A program made the position numbers and the translations under genes. The notes under the pieces are model-generated. The model saw nothing but the letters and a program-made list of their open reading frames with translations, had not been told where the DNA came from and searched no databases. A DNA stretch of 63,981 nucleotides, filler included, from Cladosporium halotolerans (lineage: Eukaryota), in NCBI RefSeq assembly GCF_011745625.1. It is 10 parts of 10 records of this genome, joined end to end, with 100 filler letters (N's around TTAATTAATTAA, not from the genome) between each part and the next. Parts side by side here need not be neighbours in the genome. Positions count along the whole stretch, not along the records: positions 1 to 7,089 come from NW_027191639.1; positions 7,190 to 13,868 come from NW_027191641.1; 8 more parts are not named here. The stretch is one strand, 5' to 3'. Positions within the stretch are counted from its first letter, which is position 1, and every line of letters starts with the position of its first letter. Shown here piece by piece: positions 1 to 12,402 of the stretch.

Positions 1-97
1 TGATTGCTGATTGATTTCTGATTGAGCGCCCACCTGACTGATTTGATTCCTGATTGAGCTTCACCTGATTCTGAATATTCAAGATTCAAGATCTATG
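1..97 (-). mobile_element. Terminus of a TIR DNA transposon (hAT-like; end reads 5'-CATAGATCTTGAATCTTGA) inserted into the RecQ gene
   Basis: Identical to 27393-27488. Shares the terminal 19 bp with 40724-40742. Has many subterminal TGATT/AATCA repeats. Cuts the helicase ORF just after IIVYC. Confidence 0.75.
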
Positions 98-3000
98 GTG
101 ATCTTGTGGCAATACACGATGATGCGATCCTCGGCCGGGTACTGGGCCAACTTGCCGCCGATGAATTGCCGCAACGTCTCCATCTCGCCGTTGTACGTGA
201 TGACGCTGTACCTGATGTTGGGCCGCACGGTCGACTCTCGTATCATGTGCACTTCGCTGGGTTCCATGTCCATGATCGACATGAACGATGGCTCCCGCCG
301 CGGTGGCAACGTCGCCGTCAAACAAATCACTTGCGTCTGCCGGCTGATCAATTCGCGCAACTGCAACACCTTCGGTCGAAACTTTTTCGTCGATTGCAAC
401 ACCGTATGACACTCGTCGACGATGATCCGTTCCAACTGCTCGTCCAACATCTTCGCATTCACGAAATCGGCAAACGACTGTGACACGGCCGACTCGGCGA
501 TCACGAACACGATGCGCGCGTCGTACGGCGGCGCTCGATTGTCGCTCCATATCGCGCATGGGATGCCGTCTTTGCGGCACCGATCGGCCATGTCTTCTTG
601 CAACATGATTTTTGGCATGACGACGATCGTGACTCCGTCGCGTGACGCTGCCGCTGGCAACATGAACAACAAACTCTTGCCACCGCCTGTCCGCATCACA
701 ACGACGACCCGGCGTTGGCCGCCGACGATGGCGTCTAATGCCTCTCGTTGCCTGCCACGAAACCGGGCTTGGGGTCCGTACATCTTCTTCAATTGACCTT
801 CCACGTCGATCTGACGCATTTGCTGCCACCGTTCGAACTTCCGGGTGTCTTGCTCTTGTTTGATCCTTCTCCTGATGTCCGGACTGACGTTGTGTACATG
901 GTATGACGATGGGAATTGCATGAACCGGTGCCAATCCACGCTGACCTCGCGGAACGCATCCTGCTCTCGCCTCATGGCGAACGGGTTTTGCTGCAACTGC
1001 CGACCATAAATGCTTTCCTCCATCTGCGGGCTGTGACCGGATTGCCTGGCGCGGATGGTCTCACGCGTCTGTTCCTCGTCCATTTCCATGCCCTGCTTGA
1101 ACGGATTCTGGTTCTCGTATATGCGCTTCAATGTGCCCGCGACGTCCTGATTGATGGCGAACTCGCGGTGTATCTCTGGGTACGCTTGTCGCCAATCGGA
1201 TGTCCCGATGGGTACTCCGATCCGCTTCTGGCTCTCCCTACGCATCACACGGCGGATTCGGTTCGTCTCCCAAAACCCGTCGCAATTGCGCGCGACGACT
1301 GGCGTGGACTGCTGTCGGACGAAACGTGCTTCCGCGCTCTGATCTTCGGGCATTTCGGGCAAATCCTCCTCTCCTTCTCCTTCCTCCTCTTCTGCCCACT
1401 CTTCTTCCTCGTCTCCCCACTCCTCTTCTGGCGCTGGCTCCCAAAACCATGGACTGGACGTCATCTGGCCGCGACTGCTCTGTAAAATGCGGACGAACGG
1501 CTCGATCAACCACAAATAATACACCACCAATTCGCCCACTTCTTGTGGCACGAACCGGTGAACGCACTTCTGGCTCTGGCTCGTGCTGAATCCTTTGTGG
1601 TACGACGTGATGAACGCTACCATGCCCTGGTCGATCATAATGCCGCGGTGACATCGTGCGTTCTCGCCGTTGACCTGTTGGACGCTGACCAATTCGGTGG
1701 CCCTCGCCGGTGCCCCTGCCGACATGTGCACCAACACCAACATCTCCTCCTTCCACCTCTTCACCTGCCGCAAATATGTCTCCACTGCATCGGGGTTGAA
1801 CTGTCGTTCCTTGCTATCCTGCATGAATCGTGCTCGGACGTGCGCCTCTGTGAACAAACGCTGCCCTAACCACCGCCTCCCATCGACGGGCCATGGGTTG
1901 CGGGCGTCGTGGATGAAATTGAATCCTTCGTCCATGACGGCGTGGTTGTCAACGATGCTGGCCATGTCGAATCTCAGCATATCCTCTGCCCGCCAATCGC
2001 CGACCCCGGGTGCCATCATCATCAACTCCTCCACCAAACGCTTGCGGGTGGTGGCCAACAAACCGTGCACAACCGTCCGGATCTGGCCCATGCTGAATTG
2101 CACTTTGCGTACCACAATGATATCTTGGTCGGGCCCGGACCAACCCACTTGCCCGTCGCCGTTTGTCGTGTATCGAATCTTCAAACCGTACATCTTCTGG
2201 GTGTGAATTGTTTGAATGGGGCTGGGCTGACCACCATACTCCGTCATCGTCATGAACTTCACCACGTCCCCCTGCACCAACTGATGGATCACGGGCGCGT
2301 CTTGTTCGGCCGTGTCATGGTCCACGCCGCCGTTGACTTGCTGCTCGATATGATCCATCCGTTCACGCCATGCTCGGCGGATGATGATGGCTCGCATGCT
2401 GGTGATCATCGCGGCCAATGTGGGCGTGTAAAATATGGCGGGTACCCATCCGTTCTTCTCCCCGCATGTGCCCAACACGGCCAATCCGCTCAACATGGCG
2501 TTCTCGTATTCGTTGTCCTTCAAATCGTGGTCGAACATGGCGACCCAAAAATCGGAACTGGCTCGGATTACGCCCTCCCGTACGTCTCTGCTCGACACTC
2601 GCCCCGATGCCGCATGCTGCAATCGTGCCAATGCTTGCTGTTGGGCATCCGTCAATCGATACTTCGGCCGACCCGACATTTCTGCCGTTCTCCAAATATA
2701 CCTCAATATCTGCGTGAAGACGTTGGCGTATTTCCGGATCGTCTTCGTTTTTTGTTTGCCGTAAAATGGCTTGTCGTTGTTCGGCGCACCGTTCTCCCTT
2801 CGGTTGACACAATGCAATGCATGGCGCCCGACAACCTCCACACGACTGATTTGGAACGAACGGCGGATCAATAACATCGTCCCCTCGCATGCACGCGATA
2901 ACGCCTTCTCTCGATCTGGGTCGAATCGTTCCTCATCCTCCCCTAATCGTTCTTGCAATTTTCTGGTGTTGGGCTTGGCTTTGACGAATTCCGTGATCCA

Positions 3001-3666
3001 CGGTCGACAATCGCTCGGCAAATGACGTTCCCATCCGGTGTGCTCCAACCATGGATTCGGCTCGTATCGGTTGCGTTCGGTGCGGATTCGTTCTTGCTCC
3101 TGGTCCATGTCGGTAAATAATTTGTCTATCCACTCATTCGCCTCGTTGACGGTGTCGACCGTTGGCGCTTGACCGGAACTTGGCACTACCTGGACGGGAA
3201 ATATCTTGCGCCATGTGCCTGTCTTGAACAACTCCTGGCATGTTTGGTTTTCGACCCACAATCGACTGCGATCGGTGTCTTCGGTGGGCCGGCCCCTTCC
3301 GCGTTGATTTTCGTAATTGTGTTCTTTGCAATGCTTCTGCATGCCACTACGCTCTCGACATGTGTAATTGCATTCTTCACCTGCGGTCGCTTCGAACACA
3401 CAACGTAATCCGTTCGCATAAACCGGTATACCTGGAATTGCCGGACTTCTGGCGTCGGGATACTTCACTTCTCCTGGGGCTCGCGCAACTTGTGATAAAC
3501 TATTGATAAATGCGACGGCTTGCGCGCATTGTTCTTTCGTCACGGTCTTGTGTTTCCTCTGAATATGCCCCTTTACACTCGCCGGGTTGACTGCGAATTG
3601 GCATCTTTTGCATATGATAACACCGCATTCTCGTCGGTGTGTGAATAATTTTTCGAATGTATCCAT
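98..3666 (-). CDS. TLH-type protein: N-terminal Zn-finger (DUF3505-like) region, putative tyrosine-recombinase-like core and RecQ DExH helicase; 3'-truncated by a transposon
   Basis: Likely ATG at 3666 (MDTFEKLF). Cys/His motifs (CKRC..H..H). PWLEHTGW family motif. GAPARATEL, YHKG, WRQ, GHS..IYG. Helicase motifs TGGGKS, DECH and TAT. The terminal IDLES is read from transposon sequence. Confidence 0.85.
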
Positions 3667-4020
3667 TGTATTTTGCTGTGTGATATTACACGTCTGATAT
3701 GCCGGGATGTCTCTCACGTAAACAAACGGTCGCGATGTTCGCGTGCCTCTACTGGCTGCATTGGGTGGCCTATGCGCGAACTTCACTTTCGCTCGTACAT
3801 ATTTTCGACGGCGACAACGACATGCACAACCACAACTTTCCGGGGTAAAACCATATTCGGGGATGTCGCGATGATTTTTTCTATCTCTTGGTATTTGTTT
3901 TGAATCAACTGCTCTGCGCCATTAAAATGTGATTGATAAAATGTGATTGATGTTTTTCGGGTACAACCCGTTGCCTAATCGGGTTAGTAAATATATGTGA
4001 TTGATACAATCACGTTTAAC

Positions 4021-5300
4021 AATTGTGGGTAGCCTTAACCTTACTTACATCCTTCTACCCCTCTGCAGATCTCCCTCTACGTCTCCCCTTCTCACTCCTT
4101 CCTTTCCTCTTCGCCCTAACGCTTGCGCCCGCAAACCTGCCTACCTGATATCAACCCCCCTTTCTATATAACCGGCTAAGCCCTACATATCTCACAGCCT
4201 ACCCCAAACTCCATCCTTTCCTCCTCCCCGAGCTTCTAACCTCTTCGTCTCTATCCATGCCTTTCTGCTCTCCCCTCTACCCTATCATTCTCCGACGTGC
4301 CACTCTTGCCAATTTCTGATACTGCCTCTCCTACTTACTAATCCCTTCCTAATCCCTTACTCGTCTAACCCCCAACCCTACTCTTTACCCTTCCTATCCT
4401 CCCGATCCACCTCTCCGCGCCTCCTTTTGCCGGCATCCCGACTGTTCGGCACCCCGACTGTTCGGCATCCCGACTATCTTCCCCAGCCCTAAGCATCCTA
4501 GTCTCCTTGCAAGCTTTATAGCCTTCTAACCTTGTAGCCGCTCACCCGCCCTGCAGCTGTTTCCTCTTTTTTCTCCGCCCGGATGCATGCCAATCGCCTC
4601 AATCACCTCAGTCAACCCCACTCTCTTGACTCGCAGTCCGCCTGTTACCCTACATCTACCTGCTAATCTCAACCCCCCCGGACCTATCGTCTCCACCACC
4701 TCTGCTCCCTTTCGCTCCCTCGCACCTGCCGCTAACGGCTGCACCCGAAAACAACCACCTGTCAACTGCCTGCCTAATCTGTTCCGTCTTCACACATCCT
4801 TTGCCTTCCTCGCTTCAATCCGTCGTCCCGGGCTTTCGAGCAAGCCCCACCTGCTCCTGCAGCCGCGCTAACGCATGCCAATTCCACCGGGCGCCCTCCA
4901 GCCAGCCTATCGCCCTCGATGAGCCGCCCTCGACGAGCCGCCCCTACCAACATATCCACAACTTCACATTCTTACCACCTCTCGCTCGTCGTACCCTCAG
5001 CCCTACTCTGCTTCACCCCTAACCCTTTCTGCACCCAACCTTCGGATCTCTGCTTCCTCCGCCCTGCCTGTTTTTTCCTCCTTCTCCTTTCGAACCTCAC
5101 TTTCCTTTCTTTCACCGTATACCGGCTGCGTTCTGAGACTACCTCAATCCTAAAATCTCGACTTTGCGTTAGAGAAACTCAATTTGCATACTTGCAACTC
5201 TGATCAATTTTGCCTTCATCCTCTTCCGTCTCTTTCGTCTCAACCTTCCTGCACCGACGTTGAAACCATGCATCCCACAGCTCTCCGTCACGTCCGCCCG
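4021..5300. other. Degenerate, pyrimidine-skewed, partly RIP-like sequence; probably a decayed minus-strand coding region
   Basis: Strong C/T skew like the adjacent helicase gene, frequent CTA/TAA, short broken ORFs. Confidence 0.35.
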
Positions 5301-5608
5301 TCTTCGCACTAACCACCCGCTTAGTTGCCGACCTCACCATTCGCTCTCTCTATCATCACACTAGTGCTTGCACCCGTGCTTGACGCGTCTCATCACAACC
5401 CTCTTGCTCCTACTCCGCTTCGTGCCCCGCAAGCTTCCTTCGCGGTCTCCCATAACCCTAACCGTGTCAAGACTTGCTCTATCCGCATCACTTCCATCTC
5501 CTCCTTCCGCCGGCCTCACCTATTGCTTTGACCAAAATCCTCATCCTCGTTGCACTCACTCAGACACCTTCGGGTCCTTTGGCGCCATGCTTCCTTCACT
5601 CACCGCCC

Positions 5609-7089
5609 CTAGCTCACGTGGTAAAGCATCCGAACCAACTCGTTCGTCTCCATCATGTTCGTCACCTTCTTCCGAACCACCCACCTCCACAACCGACCCC
5701 ATTCTTCCTCCTCGACATCCCCTCCTTCCCAGAACCCCACCGCTTTCTCCATCTCCCTTTCCACCCACTCCCATTCCCACCCTTCTCCTGCTATACCCGA
5801 CCCCATCCTCTGGCTCATCACCGCCCCGCCGATTTCCACAATCACACCTCTGTATTGACATCCTGCCCCCGCGATTCCACTCCTCCGGAATGCCGCCGTC
5901 TTGCTCCCGTTCGCTGCAGCCTTTTCTTCCCATCTTTGGCAGATGCTCTGTGGCGCCCAGCAGAACTGACAGCCGCTGAAACGTGCAATCTTGAGTGACT
6001 CCACCTTCTTCAGCGTCTCCTCCATCCTCTCTTCCGCCTCGCGGCTGTGCTCGGCGCATTGCTTCCAACTCCTCGCCCTCCTTGCTCGTTGTATCTGCCC
6101 CTGCGCCCAGCATACCGAGCACCCAACTCCCCGCCACTCCTCCAGCTTCTGCACCAGCTGATCCCTGCCTACTTCCTCGGTCCCTCTCACTACTAGCATT
6201 GCTTTTTTCCGGCGCGAGATCTCCTCACGCTGTTCCCTCATCTCCGTCTCCGCTTGTCTCGCCCTTTTCGCATCCCTTTCATGATCTGTCTCCTCTCCGG
6301 ACCTCTTCGATGGCTTACCTTCTGCCGCCATCCGTTCGCCATTACCCCCAACTTCGACGAACCCGAACCTTGACCCTGCCGTCGAATCCGACTCTGATTC
6401 CGACTCCGACACCGACTCGCTGCTTCCGTTCGTGTCTCTTGTATCTGCTCCGTCCTCTGTCCCCACTCCGGCTCCGTTGTCTCCAAGCCGGCTTCTTGTC
6501 TCTTCATCTACTCCTTCGAGTCGCTGCGACGGAACAAAACCCCCGGCCCTTACCACTACCATCGTTTTTCGTCTTCCACTCGCCGTTCCGTTACAGACGT
6601 CACACCTCTTCTCTCCGCTCTCGCAACCGATCCTGTCTATTCTCCCGTCCATCTCTCGGTCCAGTGTCACTCTCCTGCACTTTCCCCCCTCGAGATACTC
6701 GTGCATCCCCCTCTCCATCTTGAACCCCTTTTCTAACATCCTTCGATCTCCCATCATGTGGTACCCTCGCATGAGAATCGCTTCGCTGGCCTCGCCGTCT
6801 CTACCCCCTCTTCCACTCTCTTGCGCATAGTCCCTGACCAGCTCTTTCACTCCCACGTGCACCACAACCCGGATGTGCGGCGCGTCCACGCCCATCCCCA
6901 TCGCTGTCGTTGCCGCAAACACCCTCTGACTTCCCCGCACCAGCTGCTCCAAGATCTTTCGTTTCTCTTCCTCGTCGCCTACATTTCGGTGGTAGACCGG
7001 ACACTTCAGCACTTCTCCGACTCTCTCGCATTGGTCCACCCTTCTGCAGTAGATTATGATCTGCCCCTCCTTGTGCTCATCCAGCTTCT
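5609..7089 (-). CDS. C-terminal part of a second TLH/RecQ-type helicase (helicase C domain, RecQ Zn-binding region, Cys-rich tail); 5' part lost at the contig end
   Basis: ATTAMGMGVD (motif V), YAQESGRGGRDG (motif VI), CRR..C..CDVC, then CSVC and CQFC..C clusters. Confidence 0.85.
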
Positions 7090-7189
7090 NNNNNNNNNNN
7101 NNNNNNNNNNNNNNNNNNNNNNNNNNNNNNNNNTTAATTAATTAANNNNNNNNNNNNNNNNNNNNNNNNNNNNNNNNNNNNNNNNNNNN
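7090..7189. other. Artificial contig spacer. Same spacer at 13869-13968, 20619-20718, 27293-27392, 33952-34051, 40546-40645, 47118-47217, 53667-53766 and 60193-60292
   Basis: 100-bp N run with a central TTAATTAATTAA (stops in all six frames), identical at every join. Confidence 0.98.
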
Positions 7190-7590
7190 AATTGCATGAA
7201 TTGTTTTGGGCCTCGGGCGGCCGACCACGGATGCGCCGAACGTACCAAGTGTCATCGACGGTCCTGAATGCATGAAGAAGCGACGCGTTGAGAGAAGGTC
7301 CGCTGGAGACAGGTACCGACGGGGTGGGGGGTGTTAAAGGAACCCCAAGATGACAGCTGAGGCACGACCCCGTCCGACGAGGCATGCTGGAAGCCGGACG
7401 CGGTGGCAACGGCTCCCTTCAAAGACCCCATCACCCCACCACGGTGCCCCCATCATCGGCACTTCGACGTCATTATTCGGGCAGGCTCTCTCTCAATCCT
7501 TCTTTAGTACAACAACGTACGGACCAGCAGGAGTGGAATGCAGCTGGAGCAATCTTTCGCGATCAACATTAAACGTGACGGCCGGCGACC

Positions 7591-8340
7591 TTGCACTTCA
7601 TCAAAGAAACCGTCTCCGGCGAGCAGACTCGAAGACCCGCCGTCAAAGACCGCACCTCCATAAGGATGGCCGCCGTTCTCACCGCAGCAGTCGCAGTTTG
7701 GCGTGGGTACACCAACATGCCCGACTCGTCCGAGCAGTCCGATCCAGGCCAGACTGATGTGTATGCTTCTACGCATCACGCGATCCCACGAGCTGTTCCT
7801 CCGGGCCTTGCCGAGAGATCGTCTCCTACGAGCAAGGTCAAGACAGCACCGGAGCAACAGCTCTTGACTGATCGTGAGCAGGTGCCGCGAACGGTCGCGG
7901 ACCAACTCAGCAGCGAAAACAGGCGCACTCGCGGTCCCTCCGTGACGACCATTCGCGCAAGACTCGAGAGCCTAGAGACTCGATGCGATCTCCTTGAGCA
8001 AGCGCTACAGCGGACGCGCCAGGAAGCCGCATGGGGCAACGTGGAAGTCGCAGCCTCCAGTCGCAATGACGACTCTCCAGACACGGACACGAGCGACATC
8101 GCCACCGACACGAACCATTGCCAGGCGGCAAATCCCAAAGGACGTCAGAAGCGCAAGTCTGCAAGATCTGCAAGATCAGGAAGTCCTTCGGCAGAGCAAC
8201 TGTCTCACAAACCAGTGTCGAAAAACACGAGGAGGCAACGCCGCGTCACGGACCTCATCGACGGCAACGAAAAATTGAGCTTACAAAGCGGAGGAAACAC
8301 TCGTCGAAGGTTGCGGAGGTCGGTCAGTTGGCTGGGTTGA
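7591..8340 (+). CDS. Hypothetical low-complexity protein with a short coiled coil
   Basis: Open 249-codon frame with a heptad-like IRARLESLETRCDLLEQALQ segment. No recognised family. Confidence 0.3.
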   Translation: MHFIKETVSGEQTRRPAVKDRTSIRMAAVLTAAVAVWRGYTNMPDSSEQSDPGQTDVYASTHHAIPRAVPPGLAERSSPTSKVKTAPEQQLLTDREQVPRTVADQLSSENRRTRGPSVTTIRARLESLETRCDLLEQALQRTRQEAAWGNVEVAASSRNDDSPDTDTSDIATDTNHCQAANPKGRQKRKSARSARSGSPSAEQLSHKPVSKNTRRQRRVTDLIDGNEKLSLQSGGNTRRRLRRSVSWLG

Positions 8341-9122
8341 CGCCGTCAGCGGCAAGGACGCCGTGCACCTTCCCCGGGCATCAGGAAGACGGACTGACCT
8401 ACGATCGTAGCCATTCCATGAAGATGGGAACGGCGTGTTTGTACTGGAGGACGGCCAGCAGTATCTTGCCTCACCAGTCCATCCCGCGTGCGTCGGGCTT
8501 CGGGGTTTTTTCTTTTTAGAGGAAATTACTGTAACACATTATCAGCTTTCGTGTTGTACCACGCCATGACACTACCGCCTTCGAAAGCATCTTTTGCTCT
8601 TCTGTAGCCACCCGCCTCCATAGCACGCCACGCGTGATCCCCGTCGTCCTACAAGACGGCAGGTTACGAGGACGAGCACTTCTGCCATTTGACGCTTCGC
8701 CTTCACGTGACGAGGGTAGATTTGCCTGCGTGCGCGAGGTTAAAAGCAAGGTCAGGAAATCAGCTGCTTCGCAGAACACAGCTTTGTTAGAGCTGTGTGG
8801 TTGCTGGGAAGCATTCCACGTGATGCCAAGCATTGCGATTGGACAGTCCAACCGTAATGGTTGGCATTTTGTTGAGCTTTTCGGTTGCTAGGAAGCGTGG
8901 GCAGGGCATGTCGCTGGGAAGCAGGATGATTGCCCACCCCCGAGTTGATGGTTCGCGACGACAGTGCAGTGCAAAACTGTACTATTCCGAACTACAGTAG
9001 CCGACGCCTCATAGGCTATTCAGCTTGGATGCAACTTGATGTTTTTTCTCCAATCTAAATTAACCTTACTCTGACCGTGACAATTACCCAATCCACGTGA
9101 TACCAAGCATTTCAGTTGGACT

Positions 9123-9313
9123 GCCCAGTATCTGCCTGTGCTGTCTGCCGTCTGGCGGTTCTTCCGGCATATGATTGTCGAGTCTTCACTAAGCCTTGAG
9201 CTCAGCCATTGCAAGCCGGCATCCTCGTCGACGCAGAGTCTACTTCCATTGGTTCGTGCAATGGTGAAGAGAGAAAAGTAGAGAGAAAGGGATAACTCCA
9301 GAATTAGTCGCAT
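9123..9313 (-). pseudogene. Truncated 5' fragment of the secreted FAD-linked oxidoreductase
   Basis: MRLILELSLSL..STGRYWA matches the N-terminus of the gene at 60469-62175. Homology ends near 9123. Confidence 0.8.
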
Positions 9314-9579
9314 GGTCGAAACGGGTTTTCACAATATCGGAGGCGGCCTGGTTGACGAATCGAGGTGTCTAGATGTAAGGATGGTCGAGCCTGGCTGAGA
9401 CGCAATGCGGAGATTTCTGGAGGTTGCAGGAAAGCGCCGCTGGGGAGTTGCCTGTGAATTTAAATCCTGATGGCGGAGAGCAAGTGACCGTCGGCCACTG
9501 CCAAGGTCTCATTGCCTGCCCATCTTCGGGGCCTGCGCCTTGGGGCTCTACAGACAAGAAGCCCCACCGCTAATGCAAT

Positions 9580-10161
9580 ACTGTAGGATTTGTATTCGGA
9601 GAGCTCCTCCAGGCAAGCATCACGCAACTCGGCATCTCTTTCGCGCACTACCCTCCGCGTCTTCTTTGTCGACCAGTCACAGGCCTTTAGCGGCCTTCGA
9701 ATGCTGTCTTCGGAACCTCTGAGTTCGAGCTCATCCCAGATCAAATGTACAATCTCATCGAGATACAGTACAAGTCCGGTTTGATTTGTACTTTGTTGAG
9801 CAGCGCATCCAAAGTATGTGGAAGCATACTGGGACACCGTCCGCCAGTAAAGTTGGGCGCGCGTGGTGCACCAAACACCTGCATTCATGTTGGCGCGGAC
9901 TCTGCGAACGGTGCGCATACTGCAAAGCAAGCGATATGGGCAATGTCCGTATCGCGAAACGACTTTGATTGAATCATGTCATACAGTTGGGTTCTTTGGG
10001 ACTGTGCGAGGCGCTGCGCCGTGGTCCATGCAGGAAGGATCACCGGGGCTTGTAGGAGCGGCTGCAGTAGTCATTCCCGGAGCAAACCAGAACAAGGTTT
10101 GCGAGACAAGCCTTCGAAACGTCAAATGTGTTATTCAAGTCGATATAGGAATCCGGTACTG
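9580..10161 (-). mobile_element. Degenerate Tc1/mariner (IS630-like) remnant, left end and HTH region
   Basis: Minus strand begins TA|CAGTACCGGATTCC. Frameshifted translation includes LYLDEIVHLIWDE..SIRRPLKACDWSTKKTRRVVRERDAELRD. No DDE part. Confidence 0.6.
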
Positions 10162-10365
10162 TATCATCACTGACATAAGCCTCCCATATCACTCACGGCA
10201 GCGAGCGCCTGTGTCAAGCCTTGAAGATGTAGCCATGCCGCGAGGAGAACAAGGAGATGGAAAATTTGATGACTCGAACCCCACACGTCGAAGCGACGCG
10301 GCCATTTTCGTTCTGGGAGCTGACAGAGTTAGTGGGGCGGTGAAGTCGAGGAGCCCCGTGGCTAC

Positions 10366-11330
10366 TCACCCGCATTGCGTATATGATCGCACCACAAGTG
10401 TTTGCCACGGCCGTCCAGCACATCCAAGAAAGCGACATGCGCACGTATTGCAGCCGCCAGCCATACGTGACGACACCGTGGCTCGTAAACAACAGCGAGA
10501 GGGAGCCGAACGCGGCGTAGAAGATGGTGCGTCGCTTCCTGAGCCTTGCTGATGCAAAGTCTGTCCCTAGTATGGTCCTGCCGCAACACAGCGCAGACAA
10601 GCTGATCTTCCTGGGCGTCAACTCTTGGGCGCACTCATGCTCTTGAATGCATGCATGCATGCATGCATGCATGGGCTTACCAGTGTCCAATAGAGAATGC
10701 GAAGCTCTTTACTGCAGACGAATCCAAAATGAACCGTCGAGACCATTGCACCCCACATGAGCACAATGATACCGAGATAGTCCAGTCGGTTGCAGAGACT
10801 GGAAACTGACGGGCTGTGATTCGAGAGCAAGTGGAACCTCAAACTCGATCAGCGCGGATCGGCGGGTCAAAGAAGCGAGAATCCATGCTCACGCGGCCGA
10901 GCAGGCAAAGCAGATTGCTACGCTCCAACAGTATAACAAGAGGGCAATGCGGCCTTCGGATCGTCCGTGGGCCTGATCGAGATCTCGACCCCAAATCACG
11001 TGGAAGGAATAGAAGGCAAAGTCGGAGGCGCCGACAAGGTGCGAGTAGACATTAACGGACTGATTGTGTAGGTGAAGCATGCTGGCCACCGAAGCCCAGA
11101 GCGACCCGGACGCAGGTATTCACCGCACATCAGCAGACGTGAAAACGACAGGGGGTGGGCTGAGTGGAGACGCACCTGTAGCTTGAGATGATGTATTCAT
11201 TGTCCTTCTCCCAGCTACCGATTTGGTGGATGTCAAGGAGTCGGTGAGGTGACTTGGAAGGGTTGCGCCATCCTCTGAAGGCAACGAAGGGCGCTCCCCG
11301 ACCCGGCGGCGATGTGCTCATGTAGACGTC
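10366..11330 (-). pseudogene. PAQR/hemolysin-III (IZH-like) membrane protein remnant
   Basis: WEKDNEYIISSYR, LHNQSVNVYSHL, FHLLSNHS..CNRLDYLGII and GAIIYAMRV, spread over several frames. Confidence 0.8.
10647..10673. repeat. (ATGC)n microsatellite, shorter in the paralogous copy near 63515
   Basis: Direct tandem ATGC repeats. Confidence 0.85.
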
Positions 11331-12402
11331 GTTGTACCGGCGAAGTGCCAGAGCGGAGAGGCCGACACTCGTGGCTGGGGTGAACAAGAAGTGACTACTA
11401 TATCAGTGGAGAGCAGGGCACAACACTGCTGCGGGTCACTGGTTCTTTAAATAATCGCCGGAGATCAGCGTGACTCATACTCGGCCGTTGCTCCACGATT
11501 GCACACCGTGACACACGAGAATGGAATGAGGGCGAAGTGCTTGGTCTAGCCTTGGTAGAGTACAGTATTGCAACGCGGCAGCGCTGTGCAGTACAGTAAG
11601 TGGTATTGCTTTGCTTTACGCTGGGTCCAGCTGTACAGTACTATTCTCCACTCGCCATCTCAATCAGGTGCAGCGTTCGCCCACCCGTCTTGCAAGGTTT
11701 GCCCTCAAGAAGCCGCTCGGGGCCAACAATGTAGCAACGCAAAGCGTTGGGCTTCCTGCCCTCGCCCACGTTTGTGACATTCTCAGCGGCGTTCCGCGTA
11801 TTTTTCCAGCTGCTCCTGCAGGCTCTCCAGATAGGTCACATACTCTTCTTTGTCGAAAGAATTGACAGAGGCAGTTCGACAGATGGAAGACGAGGAGGGA
11901 GGAGCGTCCTTTTTCGGTGATGGCTGGTGAAAATCGGGGGAACTTTTGTCTCCGTCTGAGGCTTGGAGGCTACCGCTAGCGACGCTTGCGGTCGGCAACC
12001 GATGCGCATTTGCCGCGCGTGCCAGGTGTTCATCTACCAGCTGGGCGGTGATCATGGTGTCTTTCCGTGTCGTGTCCGGGGAGTAATGGGCTGTGTGCGA
12101 TGATCTACCGCTTGGATGGAGTAGGGTCTCGAAGGCGCAGCTCTGCTCTCTTTATACAATGTTCCGCAGGATCGTTTCACCGTGCCGAGGTGTCCGACAC
12201 CATTGAGCATTCTACTACTACCGCTGGGGAAGCAGTCTCACTGGTGTCACTGCCCGGCGGCGCAGCTACTTGATTGACTGCATGAGATTGCTGTCGTGTA
12301 CTGTACGGTCAGCGGTTCTTTTCCAGGAGCATCCCTCGCCGCAGCGGCTTCAGAACCCCCCTTTCTTGCCATCTCAAATCGTCCTGCTGGTTCTACTTCG
12401 GT

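Larger units (their letters stand above)
9123..11121 (+). repeat. Diverged segmental duplication of about 61985-63981
   Basis: Colinear, highly similar sequence covering the FAD-oxidoreductase 5' end, the Tc1 remnant and the PAQR remnant, with scattered substitutions and small indels. Confidence 0.95.

Noticed and set aside
79..97. Shared C-terminal peptide IDLES in the helicase ORF and the ADH ORF
   Set aside because: Read-through into the same transposon terminus, not a protein motif.
86..3506. Many overlapping alternative-frame and antisense ORFs (also over the transposase, LINE and oxidoreductase)
   Set aside because: Shadow ORFs of GC-rich coding sequence with no recognisable motifs.
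98..7089. 5609-7089 as the missing C-terminus of the helicase at 98-3666
   Set aside because: It lies upstream on the same strand, has its own equivalent of the IIVYC motif (IIIYC) and differs in composition, so it belongs to a separate paralog.
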